Assembly: GCA_010093745.1 (NCBI GenBank) | Contig: MU005972.1 | Span: 62,001-126,000 of the forward strand | Direction of reading: 5' to 3' | Length of the DNA: 64,000 nt | Origin: Piedraia hortae CBS 480.64 | Taxonomy: Eukaryota | Part shown: positions 13,881 through 24,903 of the stretch, one piece after another | Position numbering within the stretch: position 1 is the first letter of the stretch | Layout: every line of letters starts with the position of its first letter | Made by a program: the position numbers and the translations under genes | Notes under the pieces: generated by a model | The model's database searches: none | What the model was told of the DNA's origin: nothing | Seen by the model: only the letters and a program-made list of their open reading frames with translations

Positions 13881-15602
13881 TCACATCAGAAAAAAGTACA
13901 TGCCCACGACAATTGCCAACACAGCCATCATCACCATCTCAGACCAGCCCATCCAGGGATTCTCTGTGCGATCCAAATTCGACTCACGCCATACATCCCT
14001 TTTCCGAGCCCACGGGATTGGCATGTGGTAATCCTGCAACACCTGTTCTGCAACCAGTCTCCCACCGGCCATGACAATAGGCACTCCGGTACCAGGATAA
14101 ACGCTGGCGCCGACCATGTAGAGGCCATTGATGTATTTAGCCTGACCCCTGAAAAGATCAGCAAATTGTTCGACAACCCGCCCGGGGAGCTCGGTGCCGA
14201 ATTTCCCATCTATCCAGCCTGGTCTTCGTGCTTTGGTCCTGGGACGGAATGAGAGGACGTTGAAGAAGCTATGGCTCAGGCCCAGTATGGCGCCTTTGTC
14301 GAGATTGAATTTTTGCTTCCAAGTCTCGGGATCGTTGGTCTCCTCATGAACGATCAGTGGGCCAAGATCGATGCCCATTCGGCTTTTGATAGTCGAAATG
14401 ACCGTTGTACGGGCCATTGAAATCATCCGGGGCCAATCCTGGTTTGCTCCATTCTTGTCGGTCATATGCCCGACCGGTACGAGTACGACAATGGTATCCT
14501 TCCCCTCCGGAGCGGCGCTGGCGTCCACGCGACTGGGCACATTGACATAGAAACTCGGTTCGTCGGGGATCAAATGCTTCTTGAAGATGCTATCAAAGCT
14601 CTCCTTGTAGTCTTTGGCAAGAAAGATGTTGTGGGTGTCTAGCTCTGGGACCTGGCGATCCAAAGCCCAGTAAAAGGAAATGCTCGAACAACTTGCGGGA
14701 CGGTTTGAGAGGCTGGTTGAGTAGGTTGTGGGCGGCATGAGGTTGTTATAAGCGTAGACCAAATCGCTGTTGTTCACGATAACATCGGCCTCTATCAACT
14801 TTCCACCAACTTGCACTCCTCGGACCCCGTGGTCACCAAGCACAATCTTCTCCACATTGGTATTCATACGGTACTCCACACCCATCCTCTTGCCGACCTC
14901 GACCAAGGCCTGGAGAACTCTGTGAAACCCCCCAACTGGATACCAGATTCCCTCAGCCAGTTCCGTGTACTGCAGCAGGGAGTAGGTGCCGGGAGCATCA
15001 AACGGACTCATGCCCATATACATACTCCCAAAGGTAAACACACGACGCAATCGCTCAGTGTAAAAGTACAGACTCGCTCGTCTCCACATGCTTTCAAACG
15101 GGTGCAGGATAGCAATGTATCGCAAAAACGAAGGTCTCAATATGGACAGCAGACTGTAAAAGTTCTTTAGGAGGACGTGATCAACTGAAACTTCGTAGTG
15201 CAGATGCGACTCGGAAAGGAATCTATAATACCTGTCCACACCATCCTGGCCTTCCCAACGAGCAATTTCTTTTTTCATGGCAGCAAGGTCAGTAGAGAGC
15301 TCGAACTGGTGGCCATCATCGAACCAGACACGATAATTGGGCTCACACTTGCGAAGATCTATGCCTTCTGCCTCGAGACTGGTCCCCAGCTCCTCAAACG
15401 TGAGGTTGAACAACCGCGGAAGGAGCAAAAGTGACGGGCCTTGATCGAAGCGATAGCCATTTTCATATATCAGCGAACATCGCCCGCCCGTGAAACTGTT
15501 CTTCTCCATGACAGTCACTTTGAACCCGGCACGGGTAAGGCGAGCAGCCGTGGCGATGCCGCCAGCTCCGGCTCCTATCACTATGGCTGTTTGCTGCTTC
15601 AT
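13881..15602 (-). CDS. carB: Phytoene desaturase (CrtI-type, al-1/carB), intronless
   Basis: IVIGAGAGG FAD-binding motif, RFDQGPSLLL, MYMGMSPFDAPGTYSLLQY, GLYMVGAS..PGTGVP, hydrophobic C-terminal tail. Confidence 0.95.
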   Translation of the reverse strand: MKQQTAIVIGAGAGGIATAARLTRAGFKVTVMEKNSFTGGRCSLIYENGYRFDQGPSLLLLPRLFNLTFEELGTSLEAEGIDLRKCEPNYRVWFDDGHQFELSTDLAAMKKEIARWEGQDGVDRYYRFLSESHLHYEVSVDHVLLKNFYSLLSILRPSFLRYIAILHPFESMWRRASLYFYTERLRRVFTFGSMYMGMSPFDAPGTYSLLQYTELAEGIWYPVGGFHRVLQALVEVGKRMGVEYRMNTNVEKIVLGDHGVRGVQVGGKLIEADVIVNNSDLVYAYNNLMPPTTYSTSLSNRPASCSSISFYWALDRQVPELDTHNIFLAKDYKESFDSIFKKHLIPDEPSFYVNVPSRVDASAAPEGKDTIVVLVPVGHMTDKNGANQDWPRMISMARTTVISTIKSRMGIDLGPLIVHEETNDPETWKQKFNLDKGAILGLSHSFFNVLSFRPRTKARRPGWIDGKFGTELPGRVVEQFADLFRGQAKYINGLYMVGASVYPGTGVPIVMAGGRLVAEQVLQDYHMPIPWARKRDVWRESNLDRTENPWMGWSEMVMMAVLAIVVGMYFFLM

Positions 15603-16046
15603 AGCTGTGGGAAAAACAGAAAGCTGCAAAAGGCTGACAAAGGTTAATCTGGCATTATAGCTGGTTAGTAACCACCACGGAGATGAGGTCACTAGGTACT
15701 ATCTGGTGACTTCAACTTCCGAATTTTCCGAGATCGGGGCAGTACGGGCCACAAGGCTGGACGAGGTTTTGTGTGGGCCGTTGGGGTTAGTCCTAATTGG
15801 CTAGATCTCAATCAAACGATTAATCAAATGCAGATGCACTGCCGCTGCAAGCTCTCCATGGGCGGGAAAAGCAACCACAGCCACGGACGCTAGTTCACCG
15901 GCGGTGCTAGTTGGAATCAGTCCAGGTACAATCTTGTAGGCACTGAAGTTTATCGACCAAGTGAGACTCGCAGCACATGTATGAATGATATCATAACACA
16001 AGGATGATGCAACTGCTTCCGAATATAATACACGTAAAACTCGACC

Positions 16047-16817
16047 CTACCGCTTCTCCTTCTCGCCAGTCGCAGACGTACCACCACGTTGCTGCATATA
16101 ATTCTGTACATATTTCTCCACCGAGCCCCTGTCGTGCTTCGAGTCACGCATGTAGTACAGTTTAGCTCTCCTCGCACGGTACGACTTGGCCCTCTTCGCA
16201 CGCTTCCGCGCCTGTCTGCGCGTCATGTACTGCATGTGCTGTTCAACCTGACTGTGCCGCTGCACCACCTCCATGCCCGTTACATTCGGACTGTAGATCT
16301 TTACCCACATTTCCACGTTAACACGTGCCATGCGATTCCTCAGTAGTACTGCCCAATCGATGGGCGAATTTCTCTGGCGAATCGCAAGCACGACGCCCGA
16401 CAGAGGCTCGCCGCCGCCCTTTTGCCGCACGAGCAAGATATCGCCCGGCTTGACACGCGCAGGATTTGAATCTGAAAAAAGTCGCGTACGTTCTCCAGTG
16501 GGGTCGAGGGTTTGAAGCTGAGACTTGGTGATTACTGCAATGGGATCGCGACATGATTTTGCTGTCGACCGAGGGGGAGAGATAACAGGAATTTTAGCCA
16601 ATCTGTTGTTGAACCCTGTTGCAGTTGTTAGGATCCCATCTCACAAGTGGTTCGAGCACAAACGATTCTGTTTGATGGCTTGACTGGGTCGGAAACCCTT
16701 CATCGGCGCAGGGTATTTGGGCTCGAGAGAAGGGTACCGCTGAGCTGCTGCGGTTGCATATCTTCTTGTATGAGGCGTCTGCAGATACTTTACGGCGCGT
16801 AGGCTGAGTTTTGGCAT
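16047..16817 (-). CDS. IMG1: Mitochondrial ribosomal protein bL19m
   Basis: LDPTGERTRLF, PGDILLV, LLRN, KIYSPNVTGMEVVQR, RARRAKLYYMR; basic presequence; intron 16616-16663. Confidence 0.88.
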
Positions 16818-17020
16818 TATCGCCGTTTGCGTCGTAGTGTTTGTGAAGTCGAAGGTGTATTCCTAACCCTAGATCATCAGGTGCTTAGCGCTTGCCAAGA
16901 ACCACAGTGGCATCCCACAACATTATGTCAGTCCTCAAACAATTTGACTGATAGATTTTAGAGGCTTCTGGTTCCGACATGTGGTTCAAATATATAGTGT
17001 ATGATACGTTCAAGACCCTA

Positions 17021-18650
17021 TCAAACAAGACTCGCACCAGTGAGCACAAACAAGCTCACCAGCCCAGCCATGCACAGTATTTTCCATTCCGTCTCATGGC
17101 TGATCGCAGAGACAGCAGCAGATTTGAAGGTTGCAGAAGAATTTTCACTAGCACCAGAGCCCTGACCGTTAACAGGAATAGCCGCAGCTCCGGTGGCTGC
17201 ACCAATAGTGCTTTTCGCTGTGCTGACATGTAGAATCGCGGTTCCACTCTGGTTTGCAGGGGCGATGCTGTAAGTTTGCGCTTCACTAGGAGAGTGCGCG
17301 TTTACAGCTTTGGCTACACCCGAAGGACCCGCCTCAACCGTGACAATATCTGGCTTGGCGGTGCTGTTAAGACGAGCCTGAGCAATCGAAACTTGGCCAT
17401 TGTCGAGATCAAAGACAGTATACATGCTGCGAAGGATGGCCGCGCCAGCTGTGGTCGAGCCGATTCCAGCATCCAAGGTGGGCTCGATCAGTAACACGCA
17501 AAGATCTTCCTGGGTATTGTTGAGCTTAAGGGCCTTGCCACTGTCAGGGTCGTAGACAGGTACGAGAAACTCGTGCAGAGGAATGGTGATTTTGGCAGCA
17601 CCGCCAAACGTCAGTGTTATACTGTCATCACGGTTACGGGCCGAGCATGGAGCTTGCTGGAGCGAATCGACGTAGTCGAACATTGGTTTGATGTACTCGT
17701 CGTAAAAAGAATAGGGCACCGCCCACGGTGCGGATGCAGTGTCGAGTCGGGTGGGCACGCCTTTGTCCGTGCTTCTCCAAGCGTTGATGTTGTTTGAGCC
17801 GCCTGAGAATAGTGTTGAAGTTTTACCGCCCACCGTGGCACTGAAATCGGTGATGGTGGTCAGTGGCTCATAAATTTCCTCCTCGTCTTCATACGGAATG
17901 AAGTTGACAGTCTCAAGTTGGCCAGAGAACTTGGACTTATCGATGCCCCCAAAGAGGACAGACCCTGTGGAAGCTACATCGTTGAGGTAAATGGAGTACA
18001 ACCGGCTTTTGATTACACCCATGCTGCGCAGAATGTCGGGCATGTTTGGGTAGCTCAACCCAGAGTCTTGGGATTCGGAATAGCTTAAGCCCATTACGCC
18101 TAACGCTGCTCCGGTTGGCGAGTCAATGTTCTCTGCCACCCCGAACTGAACATTCTCGATGCGCAAATTAGCAATGCCAACAACGTCCTGGGCCCACGAG
18201 CCATCCATGTCCTCATAGTCGGAGTTGTTGAAAGCCGGAGACGGCTTGAGTTCTTTGTAGGTACTTGATTTTTTAGTGTCAAAAGTGCTGCCGCGGCACT
18301 TCACCGTAGCCTCATCGTCATTTGCAGTGCAAGTGGCCGCAGAAGAGGCATCAACATACAGATCTGCCGAAGTGGTAGAAAGCATGAGGACCTGGTCTTG
18401 TGGAGGTGTGCCAATAGTGACATTGATGTAGCAACCGCCTCCCATGGTCCATTGTGCATTGTACATTGTCGTTTCAAAGGCGTCTCGCCTCAGAACTACA
18501 CCTTTCCCAAGTTAGCGAACAACAAGTCACAAGAGGACACCGCTTACCCCGTGTAAGATGGGATTTTTGGAGTCGGCTATCAAGTTTCGTGAGGGACATC
18601 TCAGGGAGTGCAAGGGCACCCCCAATGAGCAAAAGCATATAGGGGTTCAT
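17021..18650 (-). CDS. Pepsin-like (A1, yapsin-like) GPI-anchored aspartic protease homologue with degenerate active site
   Basis: Signal peptide, intron 18502-18547, LRRD pro-peptide cleavage site, YINVTIGTPPQ, GVMGLSY, YSIYLND, LFGGIDKSKF, LRSMYTVFDLDNGQVSIAQA, hydrophobic C-terminus; catalytic motifs read STTS and DTAS. Confidence 0.88.
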
Positions 18651-19362
18651 GACCGTAGATGATCTGGCAATGAAGAGCATATCGGCACAAAGAACGACGT
18701 AGAGATTGAACGAATGTCGGGGGTGTCCGAAAGAGAGGAAGAGAGAGCGCACTTGAAAGCTGACGGAGAAGGAAACAACGGAGCACCAAGACAGATATGT
18801 AAAAGAATGAAGATACTCATCCCAGATCAAATTGCGAGGCTTCGAGCGGCATCCTCGCTTGACAGCCTTGCAGTATCATCTCACAGGATGGGATGTAGAA
18901 AGACGTGGAGGCTGTCCAGTGGCTGTTTTCAAAGCTAACCATGAAGGGCGAATGGATCCGAATGGCGCAAAGTAACGACGGCTTTAGACTCGGTGCAAGA
19001 AGGGTCCGCAGCTTGTCTTGGTGCGAGAAAGATGGCTTAGGCTCGGTAGGATGGGAGGCTGGCATCCTGGGCTGTCTCGAAGGGATCAAAATACCAAGTA
19101 GCTTCACCGGGCAAGGCTGAAGGATCCATTGATCAGGGTCCAGGTGGTTCTAGGCTAATCAAAGGCCGATCGACTTGAAATGAGGCATGAAAAGCAATTG
19201 GCGCTTCAACCGTTTGGATGGGTCAAGGGCAGTGGCCGAGACGAGCTAGCGCCTCAAGCAAAAGCGCGCACAACTTCTACCACACTCACATTTCTCCTTC
19301 AGATCTATCACGCGTATGTACATCCCATTAATCTTACACTTAGCCCATGTTATTCGTCCTTG

Positions 19363-21108
19363 TCACTTCTCCCTGCTCTTCGTACCTTGCCAATCGGATG
19401 CCCATATGAACGTGTTGCATCTCCACTCTGTGTTTCTTTCCTTATTTCCGCTTGGTCCCACGGGGCGAGGGCAGATAAAAAAACTCCGTCCTTGATTCAC
19501 ACCTTTTTTCTTTGTCGACATTGAAATGCATGGTTCATTGTGGTCTGCGCACAAGGGCGCAACGGGTCGGGAGAAGAGTGCGTTCCAGGACTTCTGTGAA
19601 GACTCGTTTGCGGAAATTTTGATTTCGATGTCTTCTTGGACAATCTCATCGTCTTGAACAGAAGTCTCGGGGGCTTTATCATCTGATGGGCCTTGGTCAG
19701 GGTTGTTCACTTTGGAAGCAGAGGCTTTTGTAAAGAATGATGCTAGGCTAGGTTGGTCTTTTGGCTTTGACGCTTCGTTGCCAAGAGCCTGTTTTTTAGA
19801 GGGCTTGCCCTTGATGGGCGAAGGTCTTGGGCGTTTAAGGGAAGATGATGCCGTAGGCTCGGCGGCAGGTTCTGTCACAGTGCTTGTTGATGACTGCGAT
19901 GCTGTTACCGGCTTCGGCGCGCTTGGAGCTGCAAACATGGATTTTATGCTGCGGCGTTTGTCAAATTCAGGCAATCGCTTTGCCGACAAAGGCAAAGAAT
20001 CCGCGATGCTCCACTCTTTCAAACGCCGTCCATTCTCAACTGTGCCAGAGGCATTCATCAGGTCTTGCAGATGAGTCTCTTGGCCATCAATCTGCACAAC
20101 ATCTTTGAAATCAGCAAACACGGGACAGTGGTCTGAACCAAGAAGACCTTCTTGAATATTTGCGTCTTTGATCCAATCTTTCAGACTTTCAGACACAAGC
20201 ACAAAATCGATTCGGCAGCCAAAGTTGCCTGGGCGGGCATTGAGTTTCTGTGCCCAGTGGGTAAACATTTTCTGGCGATCAGGGTGAAAGCCTCGCGTGG
20301 AATCCCAAAGCACACCTTCTTCTCGACCCCCATCTCTGGGACCGACTACTTCGCCTCCGATGAGAAGCTGGTTGAACAAGCGCCGGTTCGGAACGGACAT
20401 GAACTCTTGGCGAGTTATTCCCGCTTTGCGAATATCTTCTGCCGCCGAAGCAGAGTCAATGTCGTCCCTTGAGACGTTGAGATCGCCTACTAGCACTACC
20501 TGCTTGCCCAGGCCTAACAGATTGCGTATGCGGTAATCTAAAGCGCAGTGGAAGGAATAACGAAAGTCATCGCGGAGGCCAGTGCTATTTGCTGGGGCAT
20601 AGACACCGAAGAGAACAAAGGCGGGAAACTCCAGCACCATACATCGTCCTTCAGCATCGAGCGCAGCTGGATCTACGTCGATATCACTCAGCTGCGATGC
20701 GGTAGGATAGCCACCGATGCTTTCGGCTTCGGGCAAATCACAGTAGCGCACGCCAGAGGAAGAAGGCAAGACGCCGAGCAAGCCCTCTTCGGCCTTGATT
20801 GGCGCACATACACTGTTGCGTGTGTAGATGGCCACTCCAGAGTAGCCTTTCTTGTGCTTTGGCAGACTGAAATAGCAATCCCAGCCGTCTACAAGTACCA
20901 TGTCATCGCGCAGGTCTTTACGCTGGATCTTGAGCTCCTGCATGACTACGATGTCGCATCCCAGAATGTCGAACATTGCCGGGAAGGTGCGTGCAGTGTT
21001 CCATGGGTGATATGAGAACGGGTTGCGAATCCCGTTGACGTTCCTTCCTTAAGTGAGCGGGCCTAGTAGGTGAGAGGTCTGTGTGGCTTACCATGTTGTG
21101 AGTCTCAT
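19363..21108 (-). CDS. APN2: AP endonuclease / DNA lyase 2
   Basis: MRLTTW|NVNGIR (intron 21044-21091), QELK, GYSGVAIY, GDLNV, RIDF, GSDHCPV, PIP-like QPSLASFF, C-terminal GRF zinc finger. Confidence 0.96.
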
Positions 21109-21116
21109 TTCGTGGG

Positions 21117-21265
21117 TTTCGCGCGGTTAGTGATGCGATCTACTCTATCCGTTCGACGCGTCACCACGCACGTCAGCGCAAACACTGGCGGAAAACGACA
21201 TTGGGTAGATGGAGGTGAAGTGCAGCACGCGTCACATCCACATTGACGTTGACGTTGACGTTGAC
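21117..21265. promoter_or_regulatory. Bidirectional APN2/APC5 promoter with MCB and SCB-like elements and tandem TTGAC(G) repeat
   Basis: ACGCGT at 21156 and 21227; TTTCGCG at 21117; TTGAC x4 at 21243-21265. Confidence 0.5.
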
Positions 21266-21289
21266 ATGCTGTAAACTGTCGCTATCAGA

Positions 21290-23783
21290 ATGCCACGCTA
21301 TCTCACCCCCGAGAGGCTGTGTCTGGCGGTGATTGTCCAGCTCTACCTCGACACCAAATACCCCCATGACACCCAATTAGCAGTTCTGTCCTTTGTAGCT
21401 TCGCGAATATTGCCTGTGCCGCAGCTGGCAAAGCTTCGCATTGATGAACTTCTTGATGCCAAAGGCATTGGAGCCAAGGTATTTGCTCGCAAGCTGTCCC
21501 AATTACCCTCCAATGTCAGCAATCGCAGCGTCTACGACAATTTTCTGGCACAAATCTGGGGCTACAGTGGCCTTGACTCGCTACAAGTACTTTTCCAACA
21601 ACTCGGAACGTTTGTAAATCCCCAAACAATATCTGGAAGCCTCCAGCTATCGGGAACGGGTCTATCTCGAGCCTCGCCTATTGGACAATACATTCGTCGA
21701 TGTGTGCTCGAGTTTATGAGACTTCAGTTCAACGATGCACTGGACATTTGGAAAGATTTCGCCGCCTTTCGTGGCCCTACGTACGGCGAATGGGCCCGGA
21801 AAAACGGCTATGTTGGAAGTGAGCCAGTATCGCTTCCTTCAACCCAGTCTTTTGCATCAACATGGTCTGCCGAAGATGCAGATGTGCTCTTGTCCCTCTC
21901 GATTGGGCAGCTCCAAAAGGTCGGGACAAGGCTGCCAATCCAGGTCAAACTAAAGCTGCAGGATTGGATAGCAAACCAATGGCAATCTGGTGCACTTTCA
22001 AGACAGCATCTTCTCGCCTTTTTCGAGCATTGGAAAGCGGGACAGTACAACATGGCCCTGGAGAGCTTGCATCGGTACTTTGATTACTCTCTTGTCACCA
22101 AGGAAGGGTCAGAGGAACTGCGCGACCACTACCAGTATGCTCTTCTTCATCTCAGCATGCTCCATGCCGAGTTTGACGCCTGGGAGGAGAGCATAGAAGC
22201 AATGGGAGAATGCATCGCAACAGCCCGTGAGAACCACGACACTGCATGCCTGAATTACGCACTGTCCTGGCTTTTGTATTTCCGACAAACCAGGGCTTTG
22301 GACTCCGAAACCACATTCAAGGGAATGCCAGAATTGAAAGGATCAGGAGGCAATGATGAAGACGAAATTTCGTTCCTCAAGGCCAAAGCCAAAGAAAGTC
22401 GGAACTGGCTCCTCTTAGCCAGCACACTCATGGATGAAGCGAGAATTGAAGTGTATCAGGCAAGTGCAAGATATCAAGTTGGTAGCGTCTCTGACCAAGA
22501 GCAGAACGGCAGCACCATCAAAGCCCATGAGCACGCTCTTCAGGCGGCATACCTCAATGTGCATCACGACCAGCGAGACATGATGGCGTCCACTTGTCTC
22601 TTTCGTGGCGCGAGTTTTGACCGCATAGGTAAGCATCTCACCGCGTTACTGGTTCGGCTCTGATGCATCACAGGTTTCGGTGGAACAGCAAGAAGGCTGT
22701 ACGAACTCGTTGATGTCATCTATGGTGACACCTCGTCCATTGACGAGCGAGCTCGCTCTGGGTGTCGCGTTGCCCATGGCTTGTCTCTCAGCGGTGAGTA
22801 CAGCGATGCTCTGAAGATCTTGCAGGCGTTGGGGAGCGAAGCAAACGGCATCCCCAAACTCAAGCAGCGGATTGGAGCGTCTGCTTTTCTAATTCGGATG
22901 GAGCAGTGCCTCTATCGGTATGTCTCCCGTTCTCTGGGTTCCGCCTCCCTGACTTTCCGCAGCAAAGATCTCGAGGGCAGTGAGATGTGCTTCAGTCAAC
23001 TCCAACCCATGCGAGCAATTGGAGACACAGAGATCAAATTCGAGATCAGCATGCGCGAGATCCAACTTCTAATTCAACAACGAAAGCTCGAAGCAGCTCT
23101 GCAGACGGTCAATGCACAGATTCAGCGCTCGAAGCTGTCACCAGTAGCTGGTAAGTTCACCAGAAGCCCCAACAGCTGTCAATAACCAACAGCCGCTCCA
23201 GACGTAGCACAGCGTTTGCACTTACTGGTCCTCAAGGCGCAAATTTTCATTTTGGGAGGGAAGCCGATGAGTGGGCTTTCCATTGCTCTACGTGCCGCAT
23301 CAACCGCACAGCGCTACAAGGCAATTCCAGTCTTTCTGGACGCCATCACCGTCTTGGCTGTCATACTCAACGAGCTTCAGGATTTTGATGCAGCCATTGA
23401 GCTGCTTCGGGCTGCTTTGCCGATGGTGCGTACTATTTATCTTCACATGAGTTCAACGCTCATCGCTGGCCAGCTAATGGAGTCTCGTCAACCAAGGACA
23501 CAGGCTTGTATTACTATTGGACAGTCGTACGTTGGCCTGGCCGGGCTCGCAGATTCCGAGGAACGTCGTATGCACTTGATGACTCTGGGCGAACAGTACC
23601 TAGACAGAGCGAGGGAGTGTAAGTGTGTTAGGCTCGTACGCTGGATAAAGCTAACAGGGCGAAGTTGCAATGAAGCTGGGAGACGCCGAAGTGAACTCTC
23701 AGTGTCTAGTGATGAAATTGCAAATGGCACGGTACAGGGGAGACGATGTTGCGGCAGCACAGGTGGAAAGCTTATTGGCCTGA
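21290..23783 (+). CDS. APC5: Anaphase-promoting complex subunit 5
   Basis: MPRYLTP start, SPIGQYIRR, LHRYFDY, YQYALLHL, ECIATARENHDTACLNYALSW; six introns at 22460-22504 (GC-AG), 22629-22673, 22918-22962, 23151-23201, 23426-23473, 23619-23664. Confidence 0.9.
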
Positions 23784-24758
23784 AGCCTCTATTTTCTCCA
23801 GATGAAGTCTCTTAACTTCCGGGACAATGAGGCTCTCAATCTCCACAGCAGACTCGTTCTCAGCGTCTGGATGTGCTGGTACACGAAGCCATTTTTCTTC
23901 GCCCGTGGCAGGAATTAGAAGAACTTCCCACTTTCTCGTATTGAGCAAATTTCCAATAACCAGATGATGGGAATACTTTTCCAACGCCTGCCTGGATTTC
24001 CTTCCCAGCAGAGAAGGATCAGTCTCCAGTTTGAAACTCACAATCATGGCTCGCGGGGCCCAGCCGTCAACGAGCAGCTTTAGGAACTTTGGCACAGGGT
24101 CAAGATCGATTACCAGCCGGTTCCCCTCGACATGGGCCGCGGGATGTCTCTGGTCTTGCAGGCCTTTGGAATAATCCTCTGACGACTGTATCTTATGTTC
24201 GACCATGCGCTCTGCAGGGACAAAGAAATCCGAGACTGCAGCTGCTAGGTAGAAGAGTGCATTTGCGCCCAATGGCTGCATCAAGATGGCCAGTTCACGG
24301 AGGTTCCAGAGATATTCGTTGACAGTCGTGAACTCTAGCAGGAGCAGGGAATTTTCCTTTTTTGCCTTCTCGTACTCGAGCAGCACATTCGCCATCTGAT
24401 GCTGAAATTCATGGTCGACAACAACGTCACCGGCGGCGTTGTGCGTCATGAAGTCCAGAAAACAGTGAGTGCTGTGAGAATAATGTCTGGAGTACGGCAA
24501 GAGAGAAAACTGTCGATGGAGGAAAATCACAGCATACCCGGAACGGATAAAATACTCTGCACTGGTGGCACCTCGAGTGCCGGCAGAAAAGTTATCGATG
24601 AATCTGACCGTCTGGTTTTCCAGAGGCACCGTTGTGCCGCCAGAAGTCACCAGGGCCACTTTCTTCCCGGCATTGGCGTGCAATGCTACGAAAGAGCGGG
24701 CCTGCGCCTTGTGGTTTTCTAGATGGCGCGGCGCGGGGTTTGCCGTGAAATAATCCAT
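23772..24758 (-). CDS. CAB2: Phosphopantothenate--cysteine ligase
   Basis: VTSGGTTVPLE..VRFIDNFSAGTRGA, YLAAAVSDF, HKIQS, VSFKLETD; start at ATG 24758 (alternative 24788). Confidence 0.94.
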   Translation of the reverse strand: MDYFTANPAPRHLENHKAQARSFVALHANAGKKVALVTSGGTTVPLENQTVRFIDNFSAGTRGATSAEYFIRSGYAVIFLHRQFSLLPYSRHYSHSTHCFLDFMTHNAAGDVVVDHEFQHQMANVLLEYEKAKKENSLLLLEFTTVNEYLWNLRELAILMQPLGANALFYLAAAVSDFFVPAERMVEHKIQSSEDYSKGLQDQRHPAAHVEGNRLVIDLDPVPKFLKLLVDGWAPRAMIVSFKLETDPSLLGRKSRQALEKYSHHLVIGNLLNTRKWEVLLIPATGEEKWLRVPAHPDAENESAVEIESLIVPEVKRLHLEKIEASGQ

Positions 24759-24903
24759 GCCATTTCCCAGCGTGCGAGTGTGCGTCATGACGTAGCAATA
24801 AAAACCCTTGCGTGCGACCCTAAGCAGCGGGGCCGGTACGTTCCGAGCCGCCCGTGATAACTTGTGGAAAAGGGAAGGAAAAAAGATTTTTGTACAGAGC
24901 ACA

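Noticed and set aside
14149..14230. carB insertion as an intron (GCTGAT..TTTTCAG looks like branch plus acceptor)
   Set aside because: No convincing donor and the frame is open, so treated as coding
16863..16871. CTAACCCTA here and TAGGGTTAG at 28034-28042 as telomerase template or interstitial telomere
   Set aside because: Single short matches in small promoters; no array and no room for a telomerase RNA; at most Tbf1-like sites
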